Shown: positions 18,215 to 27,107 of the stretch, piece by piece | How positions within the stretch are numbered: position 1 is the first letter of the stretch | Layout: every line of letters starts with the position of its first letter | Source: Gemmatimonadota bacterium | Lineage (GTDB): Bacteria > Gemmatimonadota > Gemmatimonadetes > Gemmatimonadales > GWC2-71-9 | Length of the DNA: 64,000 nt | Reading direction: 5' to 3' | Assembly: GCA_031394255.1 (NCBI GenBank) | Contig: JANMXA010000173.1 | Location: forward strand, 4,763 to 68,762 | Notes under the pieces: generated by a model | Told to the model about the DNA's origin: nothing | Seen by the model: only the letters and a program-made list of their open reading frames with translations | The model's database searches: none | Position numbers and translations under genes: made by a program

Positions 18215-18350
18215 AGGAGATCGTGTGCATCGGCCACGTGTCAATCGCACACACCCGCTGCGCCCGGCGGCCCGTCGTTATGCAGGACCGCCACTTACCT
18301 CCTGGCCACCGTGGTACGCCGGTTGCGTAGGTGGAGGGTGGAGGCAGGCA

Positions 18351-18752
18351 ATGCGAGCATTGGCACTTCTGACCCTGATGGCCGCAACCGCCGGCTGTTT
18401 CGGAACCGGTCCGTCCGAAGTCGGGCCAGGCGAGGAATTCGAACTGGCACCCAATCAGAGCGCCCGGATTGCCGGCACGGCGCTGACCGTCGGGTTCCGG
18501 CGTGTCGCCGGAGACAGCCGGTGCCCGATCGACGCCGCCTGCCTGGTGGAGGGCAACGCCGGTATTGAGCTCAACCTGTTCGGCGTCTCCGCCAACAACC
18601 CGGTCCTCGTTTCCTCCCCCCTTCCGGCGAGTTGGAGCGACGGTAACTACGAGGTCGTCCTGCTGGACTTGCGGCCCCACACCACGACCAGTCGGAAGAT
18701 CAACCCGGACGAATATCGCCTCCGCCTCCAGGTGAACCCGATCCCGCACTGA
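18351..18752 (+). CDS. hypothetical lipoprotein
   Basis: 'MRALALLTLMAATAGC' lipobox. 133 aa. The upstream part of the 210-aa ORF is Arg/Pro-rich. Confidence 0.5.
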   Translation: MRALALLTLMAATAGCFGTGPSEVGPGEEFELAPNQSARIAGTALTVGFRRVAGDSRCPIDAACLVEGNAGIELNLFGVSANNPVLVSSPLPASWSDGNYEVVLLDLRPHTTTSRKINPDEYRLRLQVNPIPH

Positions 18753-20262
18753 ACCGGTCCAGCATTCGGTAACGGACCGCCTCCGCCACATGAGGCCCCC
18801 GAATCGCACCCAGCCCCTCCAGGTCTGCAATCGTCCGGGCCACCTTGAGGATTCTGACGTAGGCCCTGGCCGATAACCCGTAGCGCTCGACGGCTCGCCC
18901 GAGCAGTGCTCGTCCCTCCGGGTCGGGGCTGCACCACCGGTCGATAGCCCCACCCCGCAGATCCGCATTGGTCATGACCCGTCCGCCGAATCGGTCGCGC
19001 TGACGGGAGCGGGCTCCTTCGACCCGGCCTCTGATCGCCGCGCTCGACTCGGAGGCCCCGCCCGACAGGTCGGCCCACGGCACCGGCGGGACTTCGATCT
19101 GGAGGTCGATCCGGTCGAGAAGAGGCCCGGACACTCGGCCGCGATAGCCTCGCACCCGTTCCTGCGAGCAGCTGCAGGAACGTTCCGAATGACCGGCCAG
19201 ACCGCACGGGCAGGGATTCATCGCGGCGACGAGCATGAAGCGGGCTGGGTAGGAAACGGTGAACGCCGCCCGCGATAGCGTGACGTGGCCATCCTCGACC
19301 GGCTGGCGCAGCGCCTCCAGCACGTTGCGCCGGAACTCCGGCAATTCGTCGAGGAAGAGGACGCCGCGATGGGCGAGGCTGACCTCTCCGGGACGCGGGT
19401 GCGCCCCACCGCCTGTCATCCCGGCATCGCTGACCGTGTGGTGGGGGGCCCGAAATGGGCGCTCAGTGATCAGCCGACCGTCAGTGGCCATCAGGCCCGC
19501 CACCGAGTGGATCTTGGAGACCTCGATCGACTCGTCGCGGTTCAGCGCCGGCATGATGCCCGGCAGCCGCCGCGCCAGCATCGTCTTGCCGCTGCCGGGC
19601 GGCCCAACCATGAGCAGGTTGTGGCCGCCGGCGGCGGTGATTTCGAGCGCCCGTTTCGGCAGGGATTGTCCCCGAACTTCCGTGAAGTCCGGACCGGGCG
19701 GCGGCGTCGGAACTTCCGTGGCAACCTTCCGGGATCCCAGCCGGACCCGCCCGCCGAGGTGATCCACGACCGAACGCAGCGAGTCGGCCGCGAACACGTC
19801 GACGCCATCGACCAACCCGCCCTCGCCGGCGTTCGCACCGGGGAGGACCACCCATTCGGCGCCGAGCGACTTGGCGCAAGCGACCAGCGACAACGCCCCG
19901 CGCACCGGCCGCAGCGCCCCCTCGAGCCCGAGTTCGCCCAGAACCAAGCCCCGGGCGAGGCCCGAACCGTCACATTGGCCGCTGGCCGCGAGAATCCCCA
20001 CCGCGATCGCCAGATCGAACGCCGTGCCGCCCTTCGGGACATCGGCCGGAGCGAGGTTCGCCGTGATGCGTTTGAGGGGGAATTCGAATCCGGAATTGAC
20101 GAGCGCGGCCGTCACCCGCTCCCGCGCTTCCCTGACCGCGCTTGACGGGAGTCCGACCGTCGAAAAGGACGGCAACCCGTTGGCCAGATCCACTTCGACA
20201 TCGACCGGATAGGCGTCGATCCCGAGCACCGCTGCCGCCCGCACTCGTGCCAGCACATCCAA
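18700..20262 (-). CDS. comM: YifB/ComM family Mg-chelatase-like AAA+ ATPase
   Basis: N-terminal Lon-protease-like domain, Walker A 'GPPGSGKT', 'GVLFLDELPEF', and the Cys cluster 'NPCPCGLAGHSERSCSCS'. 520 aa. Confidence 0.9.
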   Translation of the reverse strand: MDVLARVRAAAVLGIDAYPVDVEVDLANGLPSFSTVGLPSSAVREARERVTAALVNSGFEFPLKRITANLAPADVPKGGTAFDLAIAVGILAASGQCDGSGLARGLVLGELGLEGALRPVRGALSLVACAKSLGAEWVVLPGANAGEGGLVDGVDVFAADSLRSVVDHLGGRVRLGSRKVATEVPTPPPGPDFTEVRGQSLPKRALEITAAGGHNLLMVGPPGSGKTMLARRLPGIMPALNRDESIEVSKIHSVAGLMATDGRLITERPFRAPHHTVSDAGMTGGGAHPRPGEVSLAHRGVLFLDELPEFRRNVLEALRQPVEDGHVTLSRAAFTVSYPARFMLVAAMNPCPCGLAGHSERSCSCSQERVRGYRGRVSGPLLDRIDLQIEVPPVPWADLSGGASESSAAIRGRVEGARSRQRDRFGGRVMTNADLRGGAIDRWCSPDPEGRALLGRAVERYGLSARAYVRILKVARTIADLEGLGAIRGPHVAEAVRYRMLDRFSAGSGSPGGGGDIRPG

Positions 20263-20355
20263 CCCCGTTCTAAGGACATGCCGACACGATAGGCTGCCGG
20301 ACCCGCAACGGCCTAACCGAATTCGCGCGGGACGGGGCGGCGAAACGCGATCAGA

Positions 20356-20673
20356 TCAGATTGGCTCGACCATAACGGCCGTGCCGTAGCACAGAACTTC
20401 CGAGACGCCTTGCATCACCTCGGTGGCATCGTACCTGATCGCGATCACGGCGTTGGCACCGTGCTGTTCCGCGTGTTCGAGCATCAACTCGAACGCCTCG
20501 GAACGCGCCCGCTCGCACAACTGGATGAACCGTTCGATTCGCCCGCCCCGCAGCGTCTCGAATGAGGCGCCGATCAGACCAAAAATCGAACGGGACCGGA
20601 CGGTGATGCCGAGCACGACCCCCAGACTTTCGGTTACCCGATAGCCGTCGAGGGTCAAGGAGGTCGTGGTCAT
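20356..20673 (-). CDS. ybjQ: YbjQ family protein (UPF0145)
   Basis: 'TTTSLTLDGYRVTESLGVV.G', 'NAVIAIRYDATEV' and 'VLCYGTAV'. Start at the internal Met (20673). Confidence 0.8.
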   Translation of the reverse strand: MTTTSLTLDGYRVTESLGVVLGITVRSRSIFGLIGASFETLRGGRIERFIQLCERARSEAFELMLEHAEQHGANAVIAIRYDATEVMQGVSEVLCYGTAVMVEPI

Positions 20674-20819
20674 CTGGTGCTGGATCTTGCCGGGATTGGG
20701 TAACGCGCGGGCCATGGATGCTCCGGTCAGGGGGAACGACCCTGAATACTCCCCCCGGGGGCGCGTTGTTTCAAGCCGGGGGGGCCGGTAGATTCGGCCA
20801 GACCCGCACCCCGGCTGCC

Positions 20820-21659
20820 ATGCTCCATCTCGACCATGCCATCGTCTTCGTCAGGAACCTTGCGGCGGCCGCTGAGGATTACCGCCGCCTCGGGTTCACC
20901 CTGACCCCCAGGGGCAGCCACCCAACCCTCGGGACCGCGAACCACACCATCATGCTCGGCCGCGACTACATCGAGCTACTCGAGGTCGTCCAGCGGAACG
21001 CCGGCAGCGAACAGTGGGCCAGAATTCTCGACCGCCGGGAAGGGTTCGGGGCTATGGCCCTCGGCACCACCGACGCGGCCGCCACCCGGCGCCGCCTGGT
21101 GGAACGGGGCATCGACGTCCCGCCGTTGATCGACTTCGTCCGGCCCGTTGACCTGCCCCAGGGAACCGTCGAGGCTCGATTCACGGTCGCCCATCTACCG
21201 GACCCGGCCTCGCCCGCCCTGCCGGCGTTCTTTTGCCAGCAGCACACACCGCACTATGTCTGGCGCCCCGAGTGGCAGCGTCACCCCAACACGGCGCTCG
21301 GGATTGCGGCGCTCACCGTGGTCGACTCGGACCCGGACCGCCTTGCCCCGGCGTACGAACTGCTGTTCGGCCGGGCCTTCGTCCACCCCCACCCCGGCGG
21401 ATTCGCGGTCGACATCCGCGGCACACGCCTCTGGATCGTGCGGCCTGAGTTCGCCGCGGAACGTCTGGGCACCCCGCTGATGTGGAGCCGACAGCCCACC
21501 CCGGTCGGGCTGTCGATTGCGGTCCGCGACCTCGGCGCGACCTGCGCCCTCCTCAAGGAAAACGGCGTTCGGTTCCAGCCCTTCGGCAAACAGTCGATCC
21601 TGCTCGTCCCCGCGGCAACCCGCGGGGTGCATCTGGAGTTCATCGAGGCACCGAAATGA
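20820..21659 (+). CDS. VOC (glyoxalase-like domain) family protein
   Basis: 'MLHLDHAIVFVRNLAAAAEDYRRLGFTLTPRGSHPTLGTANHTIML..DYIELL' is typical of the Glyoxalase_3 type. ATG at 20820. Confidence 0.7.
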   Translation: MLHLDHAIVFVRNLAAAAEDYRRLGFTLTPRGSHPTLGTANHTIMLGRDYIELLEVVQRNAGSEQWARILDRREGFGAMALGTTDAAATRRRLVERGIDVPPLIDFVRPVDLPQGTVEARFTVAHLPDPASPALPAFFCQQHTPHYVWRPEWQRHPNTALGIAALTVVDSDPDRLAPAYELLFGRAFVHPHPGGFAVDIRGTRLWIVRPEFAAERLGTPLMWSRQPTPVGLSIAVRDLGATCALLKENGVRFQPFGKQSILLVPAATRGVHLEFIEAPK

Positions 21660-22750
21660 GCGGCTCCTGCCGGGCCGCGATCATCCCGGCGCCAGATGAA
21701 CCAGTCCGGGTTGTCCAGATCCCGGTTCCGGACCTCGAGCCCGGCGCCGCGATCCTCAAGACCCTCTATTCAGAAGTGTGCGGCACGGACGTCCATCTCT
21801 GGCACGGCCGGCTGTCGGGGGTGCCGTACCCGTTGATTCCGGGCCATGTCTCGGTCGGGCATATTGCCGCGATGCACGGCGTCATTCGCGACCTGGCCGG
21901 CGAGCCGTTCCGGGAAGGGGACCTCGTGACGTTTCTCGACGTCCATGAGACCTGCAACGCCTGCTATCAATGCCTGGTGAACAAGCAGACCACGCGCTGC
22001 CCGTCGCGCAAAGTGTACGGCGTCACCTACGGCGCCAACGACGGCCCCCTCGGCGGGTGGGCGGAACTGATCTGGATGAAGCCTGGCGTCAAGCTGATCC
22101 GGATTCCGGTCGGGCTCGAGCCTGAGACATTCATTGGTGGCGGCTGCGGCCTCGCGACGTCCGTCCATGCGGTCGATCGAGCGGCGATCCGCCTTGGGGA
22201 CACCGTCGCCGTCCTGGGCGTCGGGCCCGTCGGCCAGTCCGCCATAGCCCTGTCGGCACTGTCGGGTGCTGCCCAGATCGTCGCTGTGGGTGCGCCGGAT
22301 GATCGCCTTGCCTTTGCCACCCGAATGGGAGCCACCGCAACGCTGTCCCTCGATCTGCCCCCGGAGGCGCGGCTGGAACGAGTCCGGCAACTGACCGGAG
22401 GTCGCGGTGTTGACGTCGTGATCGAGGCCGCCGGTCATCCAGAGGCTGTCTCCCAGGCCCTCGATCTGGTGCGGGACGGCGGGCGGGTGGTCGTCGTCGG
22501 ACAGTACACCGACCATGGAACGATCCCGATCAATCCGCACACCCAGATCAACCGGAAGCACGTGGATCTCCGCGGCTGCTGGGGCTCCGACTACTCCCAC
22601 TTTCACCGCGCCGTGGACTTGGCGGCTCGATTCCAGGATCGGATTCCCTGGCGGGACATGGTGACTGGACGGTTCGGGCTCGACCAGGCGGATGACGCCC
22701 TTCACCAGGTCGAGCGGCGGCAACTCCTGAAGGCGCTGATCGTTCCCTGA
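21656..22750 (+). CDS. zinc-binding alcohol dehydrogenase family protein (MDR)
   Basis: 'CGTDVH', 'GHVSVG', structural-Zn Cys cluster 'CNACYQCLVNKQTTRC' and 'GVGPVG'. ATGA overlap with the VOC gene. Confidence 0.85.
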   Translation: MSGSCRAAIIPAPDEPVRVVQIPVPDLEPGAAILKTLYSEVCGTDVHLWHGRLSGVPYPLIPGHVSVGHIAAMHGVIRDLAGEPFREGDLVTFLDVHETCNACYQCLVNKQTTRCPSRKVYGVTYGANDGPLGGWAELIWMKPGVKLIRIPVGLEPETFIGGGCGLATSVHAVDRAAIRLGDTVAVLGVGPVGQSAIALSALSGAAQIVAVGAPDDRLAFATRMGATATLSLDLPPEARLERVRQLTGGRGVDVVIEAAGHPEAVSQALDLVRDGGRVVVVGQYTDHGTIPINPHTQINRKHVDLRGCWGSDYSHFHRAVDLAARFQDRIPWRDMVTGRFGLDQADDALHQVERRQLLKALIVP

Positions 22751-22783
22751 TCTGCCGAGAGGCGGGGCCCCGCCGCGGCGCGA

Positions 22784-23689
22784 CTACCTGCCTGCGAGGA
22801 TGCGAATATTGCCCGAAAACGACTCGAGATCGACCTGCGCGGTACCCGCCCCCCATGTGGCGGAGTAACGGTTGCGCCGATGGCGCCCGGCCGCCGATAT
22901 CGGAAAATCCGATTTGAGATCGCCGCTGAACGTTACGGCTGACATCTTGGCATCCGGTTCCTTCGGCAGCTTCACGGTCACGTTGCCGGACAGCGTCTTG
23001 AAATCGTAGCTCCCCTTGTTGTCGATCGGCCCGACGAACGTCACGTCCCCACTCACGGTCTCCGCACTCACGTCGCGAACGGTGATTCGATCGAGTTCGA
23101 CGTTGCCACTGACCGAGGCGACGTCGAGTGCGTCTCCGCCGACGTCCGTCAGGTGGAGATCTCCCGAGACGGTCCCGACATCGAGGGTACCCTTGAGGCC
23201 GGAGCCCGTCACATCACCTGACACGGTCTTGATATCGGCCACAAGCCCGGCCGGCAGCCGGACCAGAAGCTCGACCGCCGTGTCGTTCTGCTTGCCATCG
23301 CCAGTCCAGTCGGAGTCTCGGTGGCAGGGATCCTGGTGGTGGCGGCGGCCCGGCGCATCGTCGCGGTCACGGTCGTCGTCACGATCCCGGACCCGAGACC
23401 GCCGCCGATCCTGTTGCGGGTAGTAGACGCAGATCGCAACGCCGCCGTCAGCTTCCACGGCTTTGATCTCGACATCGCGGGGATCGCCGTGACGACCGGC
23501 TTTCTTGCGAGCCGTGACCTCGAACCCTCGCCCCGCGGTGCCTTCGACCCGAACGTCGCCGATCACGTTCCGGACCCAGATATGCGACCCGGCCAGCATG
23601 TCCCGGCGGAACGAGAAGTCCTGCGCCCGGACACCCGCGGAGCCGAACAAAACCAGCCCGACCACTGTCGTTGCGATCTTCATGGTCAA
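22784..23689 (-). CDS. DUF4097 (putative adhesin, beta-strand repeat) protein
   Basis: Signal peptide, then repeated 'VSGDV.../SGNV...' beta-strand units. Contains an Arg/Asp-rich insert (RRRSRVRDRDDDRDRDD). Confidence 0.75.
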   Translation of the reverse strand: MTMKIATTVVGLVLFGSAGVRAQDFSFRRDMLAGSHIWVRNVIGDVRVEGTAGRGFEVTARKKAGRHGDPRDVEIKAVEADGGVAICVYYPQQDRRRSRVRDRDDDRDRDDAPGRRHHQDPCHRDSDWTGDGKQNDTAVELLVRLPAGLVADIKTVSGDVTGSGLKGTLDVGTVSGDLHLTDVGGDALDVASVSGNVELDRITVRDVSAETVSGDVTFVGPIDNKGSYDFKTLSGNVTVKLPKEPDAKMSAVTFSGDLKSDFPISAAGRHRRNRYSATWGAGTAQVDLESFSGNIRILAGR

Positions 23690-24660
23690 TTCCCTTCCCG
23701 CTCGTCGCCCTGATTCTGATCCTGGTCGGGGTCGTCCTTGTCGTGCTCACGATTCCGGCGGTGCCCCTTGACCTTGACGTTCACGTCGCCGTCTTTCTCG
23801 ACACGCCGCGCCTTGAGCTCTCCGGGCCGGACCAGATTGAGGTCTCCACTGAACGTCTCGACGTCCACGGACGCGCTGCCACTCCCGAGGCGATAGGTGT
23901 GCCGGCGGCGGGTTTCCCGTTCGGCCTTGAGGGCGAGGCTTGAATTCATCTCCCCGCTGGCTGATGAGAGAGTAAGAGCCGCGTTGCTGGCCTCCGGAAT
24001 AGCCAGAGTCACATCCCCGCTGTGGGTGGTGAACGAGTAGGTACCAGCGTCGAGTATCCGTCCCTCGAACACGATCGTCCCGCTGATCGTCTGGGCGTCC
24101 ACCGATTTCGCGTCGATCCGCCGGAGATCGATATCGCCGCTGACAGACTCGATCACCAGGTCACCCTGGATGTCCGATGCCGCCACCCCGTCCGAGACGG
24201 CATGCAGCTCAATCCTGCCACGAGCGCCCGAGACGTCAATTCGCCCATTAACGGTCGACAGGTTGACGGATTCCGCACCCCCTTTGAGCGTGATGTTCCC
24301 GTCGAGGGTCTGGGCCTTGACCGACGCCTTGACCCCTTCGATCGAGATCTCCGCGTACATGCCGCCGACCTCCACCGCCATCGTGGCCGGCACGGTGATC
24401 GTGTAGTCGACCAGACCCGCCACCCCCCGCCGACCGCGAGACGAGACCTCGACCACCTGGCCACGAACGTCGACTTCGACGCCCGACCGGCTCGAGTGAT
24501 CGGCTTGCACCCGAATCTGATTTCGATCCCAGGCGCGAATCGTGATGTCGCCACCCTGGTTGTCGAGGCGAAGGCGGGCGCCCGCAGGTACCGTCACGGT
24601 GGTGTCGGTGCTGCGGCCCGCGGCCGCCTGGACAAGAAGGGCAAATGCAATATGAATCAT
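23686..24660 (-). CDS. DUF4097 (putative adhesin, beta-strand repeat) protein, tandem paralog
   Basis: Signal peptide 'MIHIAFALLVQAAAG', repeated 'G.I.L/V' units ('LDGNITLKG', 'VNGRIDVSG', 'VSGDIDLRR', 'HSGDVTLAI') and a charged C-terminal tail. ATGA overlap with the downstream paralog. Confidence 0.75.
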   Translation of the reverse strand: MIHIAFALLVQAAAGRSTDTTVTVPAGARLRLDNQGGDITIRAWDRNQIRVQADHSSRSGVEVDVRGQVVEVSSRGRRGVAGLVDYTITVPATMAVEVGGMYAEISIEGVKASVKAQTLDGNITLKGGAESVNLSTVNGRIDVSGARGRIELHAVSDGVAASDIQGDLVIESVSGDIDLRRIDAKSVDAQTISGTIVFEGRILDAGTYSFTTHSGDVTLAIPEASNAALTLSSASGEMNSSLALKAERETRRRHTYRLGSGSASVDVETFSGDLNLVRPGELKARRVEKDGDVNVKVKGHRRNREHDKDDPDQDQNQGDEREGN

Positions 24661-24679
24661 GGTTTCCGCCAATTGGTGA

Positions 24680-25342
24680 TCAGGTTGCCGAGTTGATTGC
24701 CCGGGTCGCCGCTTTGAGGAGATTCAGTTTCTGCCTCAGGTTGGCGGCGATCTGCTCGTTGAGATACGCGTTTGCCGTGTCGCGTTGGATGGCGGCGCGC
24801 GCCTCGGCCACCGCCTGGTCGATCGTCCGGATGCTCCGTTCCAGCACCCGGACGGTCGACGTGTCGAGTTGGCCCCGCCGCGCCGTCAGCGTCCGGCCCA
24901 GTTCCGCGAGCGCCGAGTCGTAGGCGGTGCTGGTCAGTTCAAAGCCGGCGCCGGAAACCGGCCGGTCTGCGACCGCCAGGGCTGCCGGCTCCCGATGAGT
25001 CCAGTACCAGGACCCGCCGGCGCCGGCCGCGGCCATCACGATCCCGGCGGCCAGCAACTCCCGGAAGCCGAACCGCGCTCGAGAACGCCGCGCAAAGGGA
25101 AGCACCTTCGTGGCGTCGATCCGGCCTTTAATCCCAGGCCAGAGGTCCGACGCGGGCGCCACGCCCTGATAGGAGGAAGCCGCCGCGATCAGGCCGCGCA
25201 GATCCGCCATCACCGCCGCGCACTCGGCGCAACCCGCGAGGTGTGATTCGAGCCGTCGGGTCGTCACCGGATCGAGTTCGCCGTCGACCGCCGCCGACAT
25301 CAGGTCGGTCCACTCTTCATGCATCTCGGTTGCCTCCTTCAT
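24680..25342 (-). CDS. anti-sigma factor (zf-HC2 type, single TM)
   Basis: 'HLAGCAECAAVMADL' zf-HC2 motif and a central TM helix. Its ATG overlaps the sigma stop (TAATG). Confidence 0.75.
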   Translation of the reverse strand: MKEATEMHEEWTDLMSAAVDGELDPVTTRRLESHLAGCAECAAVMADLRGLIAAASSYQGVAPASDLWPGIKGRIDATKVLPFARRSRARFGFRELLAAGIVMAAAGAGGSWYWTHREPAALAVADRPVSGAGFELTSTAYDSALAELGRTLTARRGQLDTSTVRVLERSIRTIDQAVAEARAAIQRDTANAYLNEQIAANLRQKLNLLKAATRAINSAT

Positions 25343-25845
25343 TACGCCAGAACCTTGCGCAACATCATGCGGGCCCGGTGGAGCTGGGATCGGGAGGTTC
25401 CCGGATCAACGCCGAGCAACTCCGCGATTTCGTCGTGCTTGTAACCTTCCATGTCGTGGAGCACAAAGACCTCCCGCGCCCCCGGCGGTAGGCCATCCAC
25501 CGCTTGCTCGATCGCCATGCGCAACTCGGGCTGGCGGGGCCCGTCGGCAACCAGGGTGAGAGCGAACTCGTCGTCGGTCACCCGCGCCCGATCCCGCCCG
25601 AGGTTCTGCCGCCGCCGAAGCATCACGTTCACCGCCACCCGATGCAGCCAGGTCCCGAAGGCACTTTGCCCTGCGAACGTCCCGAGTTTCTCCCACACCC
25701 GGATGAAGACCTCCTGGACCGCATCCTCCGCGTCGCTCGGCGCCACCAGCCATCGGGCCAACGCATTGACCCGAGGCACATGGCGACGATAGAGCCGCTC
25801 GAAGGCGTCCGCATCGCCCCCAACCGCCAGGGCGACGTCATCCAT
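25342..25845 (-). CDS. ECF (sigma-24 type) RNA polymerase sigma factor
   Basis: Region 2 'FERLYRRHVPRVNALARWLV....AEDAVQEVFIRVWEKL' and region 4 'REVFVLHDMEGYKHDEIAELLGVDPGTSRSQLHRAR'. Start at Met 25845 (alternative 25944). Confidence 0.85.
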   Translation of the reverse strand: MDDVALAVGGDADAFERLYRRHVPRVNALARWLVAPSDAEDAVQEVFIRVWEKLGTFAGQSAFGTWLHRVAVNVMLRRRQNLGRDRARVTDDEFALTLVADGPRQPELRMAIEQAVDGLPPGAREVFVLHDMEGYKHDEIAELLGVDPGTSRSQLHRARMMLRKVLA

Positions 25846-25980
25846 GTCGGCCCCCGGTCGGAATGGCGAGGTGACGGTCCCGAGGGACATTGCAGGTGCG
25901 GTCAGGGCGGCTTCCATTGTCGTGATGGACCGACATTTGGACACGCCTCGCCGATGGAACGTTGGAACGTCCGAGGCAAC

Positions 25981-26008
25981 TTGACAGATGGTATCTAAAT
26001 GATATCAT
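25981..26008 (+). promoter_or_regulatory. near-consensus sigma-70 promoter (TTGACA - 16 nt - TATCAT) for the SPFH-RHH operon
   Basis: Read directly. GGAG lies 8 nt upstream of the ATG at 26036. Confidence 0.45.
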
Positions 26009-26009
26009 T
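25998..26009. promoter_or_regulatory. 12-bp perfect palindrome AATGATATCATT overlapping the -10, flanked by GGTATC direct repeats
   Basis: Read directly. Candidate operator, possibly for the downstream RHH protein. Confidence 0.35.
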
Positions 26010-26035
26010 CGGGTATCAACCAATGGAGTTGTCCG

Positions 26036-26905
26036 ATGGTCAAGGAACGAATGATCCGCCCACTGGCCGGCTTGGGTATGCTGGTGTTGTTCATCGCCGG
26101 AGCCGCCGGGGCCGCATGGCTGTTCGTGCAGGCAGCCCAAACCGAATCGATCGGCATCATGGCGGTGGCCGCGATCATCTTCGCCACCGCCATGACCTGC
26201 CTGGCCGGCATATTTGTCGTCAACCCGAACGAAGCCAAGGTGCTCACGCTCTTCGGCAAATATGTTGGCTCGATCAAGGAGCCTGGCATCTGGTTCGCCA
26301 ATCCATTCGCGGTCAAGGCGAAAATCTCGAGCCGGGTCCGAAACTTCGAGACCACCAAGCTCAAGGTGAACGACAACCACTCCAACCCCATCGAGATCGG
26401 GGCCGTGGTCGTCTGGCAGGTCATCGACACCGCGGAAGCTCTCTTCGAAGTGGACGACTACGAGAACTTCGTTCGGGTTCAGAGTGAAGCGGCCCTCCGG
26501 CAGCTCGCGTCCAATTACCCCTACGATGCCCACGAGGCCGACCAGGAATCCCTGAGTGGAAGTCCTGCGGCGGTTTCGAAGACATTACAGGGTCACGTCC
26601 AGGATCGCCTGGCGAAAGCCGGCGTGCAGGTGATCGAAGCCAGGATCAGTCACCTTGCCTACGCACCGGAGATCGCCCAGGCGATGCTGCAGCGGCAGCA
26701 GGCATCCGCGATCATTGCCGCCCGGCAGAAGATCGTCGAAGGCGCCGTCGGCATGGTGGAGAACGCCCTCGACCTGCTTTCCAAGCGCGGGATCGTCGTC
26801 CTCGACGACGAACGGAAGGCATCGATGGTTTCGAATCTGCTGGTGGTGCTCTGCAGCGAACGGTCGACCCAGCCGGTGGTCAACGCCGGCTCGCTGTACA
26901 GCTGA
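26036..26905 (+). CDS. SPFH/Band 7 domain membrane protein
   Basis: Two N-terminal TM helices, then '[31 protein letters not shown]', '[19 protein letters not shown]' and an Ala/Gln-rich coiled region. Confidence 0.85.
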   Translation: MVKERMIRPLAGLGMLVLFIAGAAGAAWLFVQAAQTESIGIMAVAAIIFATAMTCLAGIFVVNPNEAKVLTLFGKYVGSIKEPGIWFANPFAVKAKISSRVRNFETTKLKVNDNHSNPIEIGAVVVWQVIDTAEALFEVDDYENFVRVQSEAALRQLASNYPYDAHEADQESLSGSPAAVSKTLQGHVQDRLAKAGVQVIEARISHLAYAPEIAQAMLQRQQASAIIAARQKIVEGAVGMVENALDLLSKRGIVVLDDERKASMVSNLLVVLCSERSTQPVVNAGSLYS

Positions 26906-26911
26906 TCGACG

Positions 26912-27103
26912 GTGGCGGAACGGAAGTCGGTCCTCATCCGGATTGACCCAGCGCTGCACGACGCCCTGCAGCGCTGGGCGGCGGCCGAGTTCCGGAGCCT
27001 CAACGGACAGATTGAATTCGCCCTGCGTCGGGCGGTGATCGAGTCGGGCGGGATGACTGCCCGACCCACGGGCCAGCCCGCCGAAGGGCAGAAGGGGGGC
27101 TGA
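26912..27103 (+). CDS. Arc/MetJ-type ribbon-helix-helix DNA-binding protein
   Basis: 63 aa with GTG start. '[38 protein letters not shown]' is a canonical RHH (beta-strand, helix, helix). Confidence 0.6.
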   Translation: MAERKSVLIRIDPALHDALQRWAAAEFRSLNGQIEFALRRAVIESGGMTARPTGQPAEGQKGG

Positions 27104-27107
27104 CCGC

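Noticed and set aside
22761-22774. Palindrome GGCGGGGCCCCGCC between the convergent ADH and DUF4097 genes, considered as a terminator
   Set aside because: As RNA it can form only about a 5-bp stem around a 4-nt loop, with no U-tract. This is too weak to call, though it may still act as a pause or terminator site.
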